A stretch of 63,190 nucleotides of DNA, the filler included, from Pelomyxa schiedti (lineage: Eukaryota; Protista; Evosea), in the NCBI GenBank assembly GCA_020536535.1. It is 8 parts of 8 records of this genome, joined end to end, with 100 filler letters (N's around TTAATTAATTAA, not from the genome) between each part and the next. Parts side by side here need not be neighbours in the genome. Positions count along the whole stretch, not along the records: positions 58,230 to 63,190 come from JAHLWZ010001540.1; 7 more parts are not named here. One strand, given 5' to 3'. Shown piece by piece: positions 59,400 through 63,190 of the stretch (positions within the stretch are counted from its first letter, which is position 1; each line of letters opens with the position of its first letter). The translations under genes were made by a program, and so were the position numbers. A model generated the notes under the pieces. It was not told the DNA's origin. It saw nothing but the letters and a program-made list of their open reading frames with translations, and did no database searches.

Positions 59400-60420
59400 G
59401 CAACGAGGAACCCATGTATCTGGCCCGTGCGTCCCTTCCCTGGCATCCGCCTCGGCGGCGCTGCTGCTGCGCGCGGCTGTGGCCGGCCACCAGCGGGCCA
59501 TGTCGGGGCTCGCCGCGTGCTTCCTCGACGGCGTCGGCGTGGCCGCCAGCGACTACGAGGCGCAGCACTGGTTCGAGGCTGCCTCGCTCGAGCAGGGGCA
59601 GTGCCCGAGGAAAACCTGGAGCCTTCCAGTGGCATTGGGGCTGTTCGGTGTCCTCACTTGGAGAACTGGGACAAAATGGGTCTGAAGCCGGTGATACCGT
59701 TTCCATGTACCACCTTGATGTATGCTGTTGAGCATGCAATGTTGATGAAGGTTCTTTTCAACTGGGAGAACACACCACAACAGCCTCTGCTGAAGCAGGG
59801 TACATGGCTGAGCGTGTGAACCTGTGTCTGGTCCCTGATCACCCAAACGTGATTCACCCTCTCGGTTCTCTTGTCCTCCAACGGTACAATTACAATGCAC
59901 TGCTAAAGTGACTAACGAGCCAAACACACATAGCCTTCCAGTCGACTTTGTTGAGAAAATACTGAGTGACCAACGCGTCTTCAGGGAGCTGTGGACCAAC
60001 AAATCACTTGCCTCACTGTGGAATCACCTTGTCTTCTTTCTTCGCTTCTTTGTTGGCAACGGACCCTCCTTGATCGAGCACCGCTGCAGCAGGACCCAAA
60101 CATTGAAGTCACCCTATAATCCCCTACAGGGACATCAAGGGAGACAACCTCCTGGTCGACGAGGCGAGTGGCAAGCTGACCCTGATCGACTTTGGCGAGG
60201 CGCAGCACTGCCCCGGGGCCCAACATGGAGCTCCCGCCGCCACGCAGCCGTGGGGCAACCAACACCGGCACGATCCCGCCCGAGCTCAGCGAGCACTGCT
60301 GGAGGGCCTCGTGAGGGGCGCGAGCGCCGCGTTCTCTTACCGCAATTGCGACTCGTTCGCGCTCGCGCTCACGTTCTAACGACGCGATGCTTTCGGCGTC
60401 CCACAAAGTCATTGGCAGTT
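59400..60420 (+). pseudogene. Fragmentary SEL1-repeat/protein kinase pseudogene
   Basis: SEL1-like AAVAGHQRAMSGLAACFLDGVGVAASDYEAQHWF; RDIKGDNLLVD...LIDFGEA followed by a frameshifted WGN..TGTIPPEL. Confidence 0.6.
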
Positions 60421-60711
60421 CAAAGTCCTGCAACACGAGCGAGTTCAACATGCAAGCGCTCGTAAGCGATTTCCCAGTCGTGTGTCTGACATGATCCACC
60501 TCTGTTCGTGTGCTCCTCTCTCTTTTCACCAACTTTGTCTCCTGCCTAATTATAGTCTATTGTTTTTCACGCTAATTACCCGAGGTGCCGGGGACCATTA
60601 ATAGAAGTGACCTGCCGTTGGATCATCTCGACATTTCCGGGATGAGAACGAAACTTTCCCTTCATCACAACCCCTGAACTGTTTTGTTCTTTATTGACAA
60701 ATTGTGGAACA

Positions 60712-63101
60712 ATGAAGAACACGGGGCACACTCTGGCAGTTGAGGCGTTTGTTGCTGTTGTTTTCGTTTTTCTTTCACGTGTGGTCGGGCATTGCCGAGG
60801 AGATCTTTCGACTTGCTCTGATGTTCCTGGTGCCATTGGATACGACGTAGATGGTTATCCCAGCTATACAACAAAAACAATTCGCTGTGGTAAGTTCCTC
60901 CTAGATATTTCTTGTTGTTGATGTGGGAACAACAGAGCCAGATCACAATCGAAGCTGTGGTGTTTACTTGCAGGAGATTAGGGTGCCCACAGTCCCGTTC
61001 CAGATAACAACCGTGTGTTCCAATTCTCTTGAGTTGTTTGCCCAGATAATAATTGGCAGGTTTGTGGAAAGTTCTGTGGTCAAGAAGGCTCTGTCCAGAT
61101 AAATTTAACTCCTGTAATGTACTATGATGCAGCATTCTCTGTTGCAGCACACACAAAAATTGAGGGTCCAGTGTCGGTACACACTGCACCTTACATCACA
61201 CAATGTGGTCTAGGGCAGGCGTGGATCTCTGTGGACGTTTCTGCATATAACTTTAGTATGTTGAGTACCGTGCTGAATTACAAAACCTTACAAATTGCGA
61301 ATGTTTGCGCAGCTGCATTCTCTGATGTGGTCTATGTCGGGTTTAGTATTGAGGCAATCTACCCGTTTCAGCCTGTCTCAATGATTGTGGACTTCCAGGA
61401 GGGGAGCTACCACACTGCTTGGGTCAGTGACAACGGTAACAGCTTCACCCTACTACAAGCAGATTGGCCCGCTTATTACACTGCAATGCTCCGTGTCGTT
61501 GGAAATGCAACAGGTTGTTGCTGTTGTTGCAAATGATCTTCTTTGTTTTTCTGTTCACACAAGAAACAACAGACCTTGCCGCTGTTGGTGGTGCCCCACC
61601 TTTTTGGAAGTGCGACTCGGCAAAGTGGAATGACGGCACATGCGACTGCGGCTGTGGATGTTATGTACTGTGTCTGTCTTCACTCTTCTTATCTTAAAAA
61701 CAAACACAGGACATTGATTGCGAGAACCACACGAATCCATCAAGTTGCGCGACCGATCAGTTGTGCCACCCCACACTCTTGTCGTGTGAGTCACCATGGT
61801 TCAACTGTTCGGCGAGCGAATGGTGGGATGGGAGCACGTGTGACTGTGATTGTGGGAGCGGTGTGGCTGCGGATCCAGATTGCCTCGATCGGAGGTGGGA
61901 GTTTGGTGGGTGGAACACTCCCGCCTTGAATGTCTCGGGATGTCGCAATTTCTCGAATGCTTATTGCGACGCTCTCAAGCTGACCTGTGGAAGTTGCGTT
62001 TTGCGTTCCATCCCATCCCTTCTTCTTCTTTTCCTTTCTGCTGTTTTATTTTCATTCCCCCAATGCGTCGTGCTCGTCTCTGTCTCTCTCTCTGACTTGA
62101 AATGCAGTTTACAACTACAAATGTGAGTTTTCTACGTACTCTGCGTCAGATGGATGCAACTGTGAGTGTGGATCGGCAGAAGACCCCGATTGCAAGATTG
62201 CAGGTGAACCGACTCTGAACTGCCCGTCAAACTCGACATGTGTTGCTGGCAAATGCGAAGACGGTAATTTAATTTATTTTGGCTCTTCCTCGTTCCTCTT
62301 TCCTCTCGTGTGCCAACTCACATCTGATATTGGCCTTAAAAATTGCCTTCTCCAGAGTCATCAAGCTTTTCTTCGTCAAGTGTTTCTTTCTCCAGCAGTT
62401 CGGCGAGCAGTTCCTCGTCGAGTGTCTCATCAAGTGTCTCTACTTCCTCAAGTGTTTCTTCGTCAAGTGAATCATCTTCTTTATCATCGAGCCATTCATT
62501 CAGTTTTTCTTCGTCCAGTGATTCACTGAGCGTTTCTTCGTTCAGTCATTCATCCAGTTTTTCTTCTCTCAGTCGTTCACTGAGCGTTTCTTCTTCATTC
62601 AGTGATTCGCAGAGTGTTTCCTCTTCAGGAGGTGATCTCCCAGGTGTCTCCACTTCGCTCAGCGATCCATACAGCACCCCCACTTCATCCAGCCATTCAC
62701 CAAGCGTTTTCACTTCGCTCAGTTCATCCAGTCATTCAACGGGTGCTTCCACTTCATCCAGTGCCTCACCAAGCTGGAGTTCATCCGAGAAAATCACAGA
62801 GCCAAGTGACAGCAGCAGTGAAGAGAAGAAGAACCAAGACGGCCTCAAGTGGGGGCTCGTTGGTGGATTTTCGTTCATCGCAATCGCTGCGATCGTTGGA
62901 GGATGCATTGCTACCATATTTCTGTATGAGACCATAAATGGCCCCAGTTTCTTTTTTTCCATGACAGTTGATCAGGTGGCGCAGATCAAAGCAACAACAA
63001 CAACAAGAAGGAGAAGGAGAAGAAGAACACACACCAAAAGTCGAACTGGCAAATGTAAGTTCAGCTGCAATGCCACGCCTGTCCAAGTTGTGTTACACTG
63101 A
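60712..63101 (+). CDS. Type I surface protein: signal peptide, three Cys-rich CDCxCG..DPDC repeats, Ser-rich stalk, TM helix
   Basis: MKNTGHTLAVEAFVAVVFVFLSRVVG; WKCDSAKWNDGTCDCGCG; FNCSASEWWDGSTCDCDCGSGVAADPDC; YKC...GCNCECGSAEDPDC; GLVGGFSFIAIAAIVGGCIATIFL. 3' end is uncertain. Confidence 0.78.
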
Positions 63102-63190
63102 CCCTTCACTGGACCTTGGATCACGAGAGTGAGTGTTCCATTCTCATTCCCGTTCCTCCCGCCCCTGTATTTGTTGTTGATTGTTATCAC

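Overview
Eukaryotic, intron-rich genomic DNA with short (~50-80 nt) GT-AG introns. It is a concatenation of eight scaffolds joined by artificial N44-TTAATTAATTAA-N44 linkers, with additional ~100-N scaffold gaps. Gene style and a recurrent 'AxxQxxAL...RCGARS...LW..W' protein family suggest an archamoeba such as Pelomyxa (inference from family recognition, not confirmed). The most striking locus (39-4103, minus) is a candidate innate-immune receptor-protease. It has a predicted N-myristoylation start (MGAEQS), 11 RNI-type LRRs of which ten are identical-length 84-nt phase-1 exon cassettes separated by homologous introns, a SAM domain, and a bacterial-style caspase-like C14 protease with intact FAGHG and DACR motifs. 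A variable LRR surface residue is created at each splice junction. The LRR-to-SAM splice is the one link I could not fix with confidence. Mobile elements include a decayed RAG1/Transib-like transposase, a 3.8-kb IS630/Tc1 element with long TIRs and a spliced cargo gene, and a hAT MITE with a perfect 8-bp TSD. Other notable genes are two RING-TRAF E3 ligases with different C-terminal modules, tandem fucose-lectin genes, and a Sec7-PH-Nudix-like fusion. Housekeeping-type genes include VWA5A-like, thiamine pyrophosphokinase, SCAI, RPA49, a kelch protein, USP22/UBP8, a divergent actin and a TKL kinase fragment. Several ~120-bp duplications at gaps are assembly artefacts.
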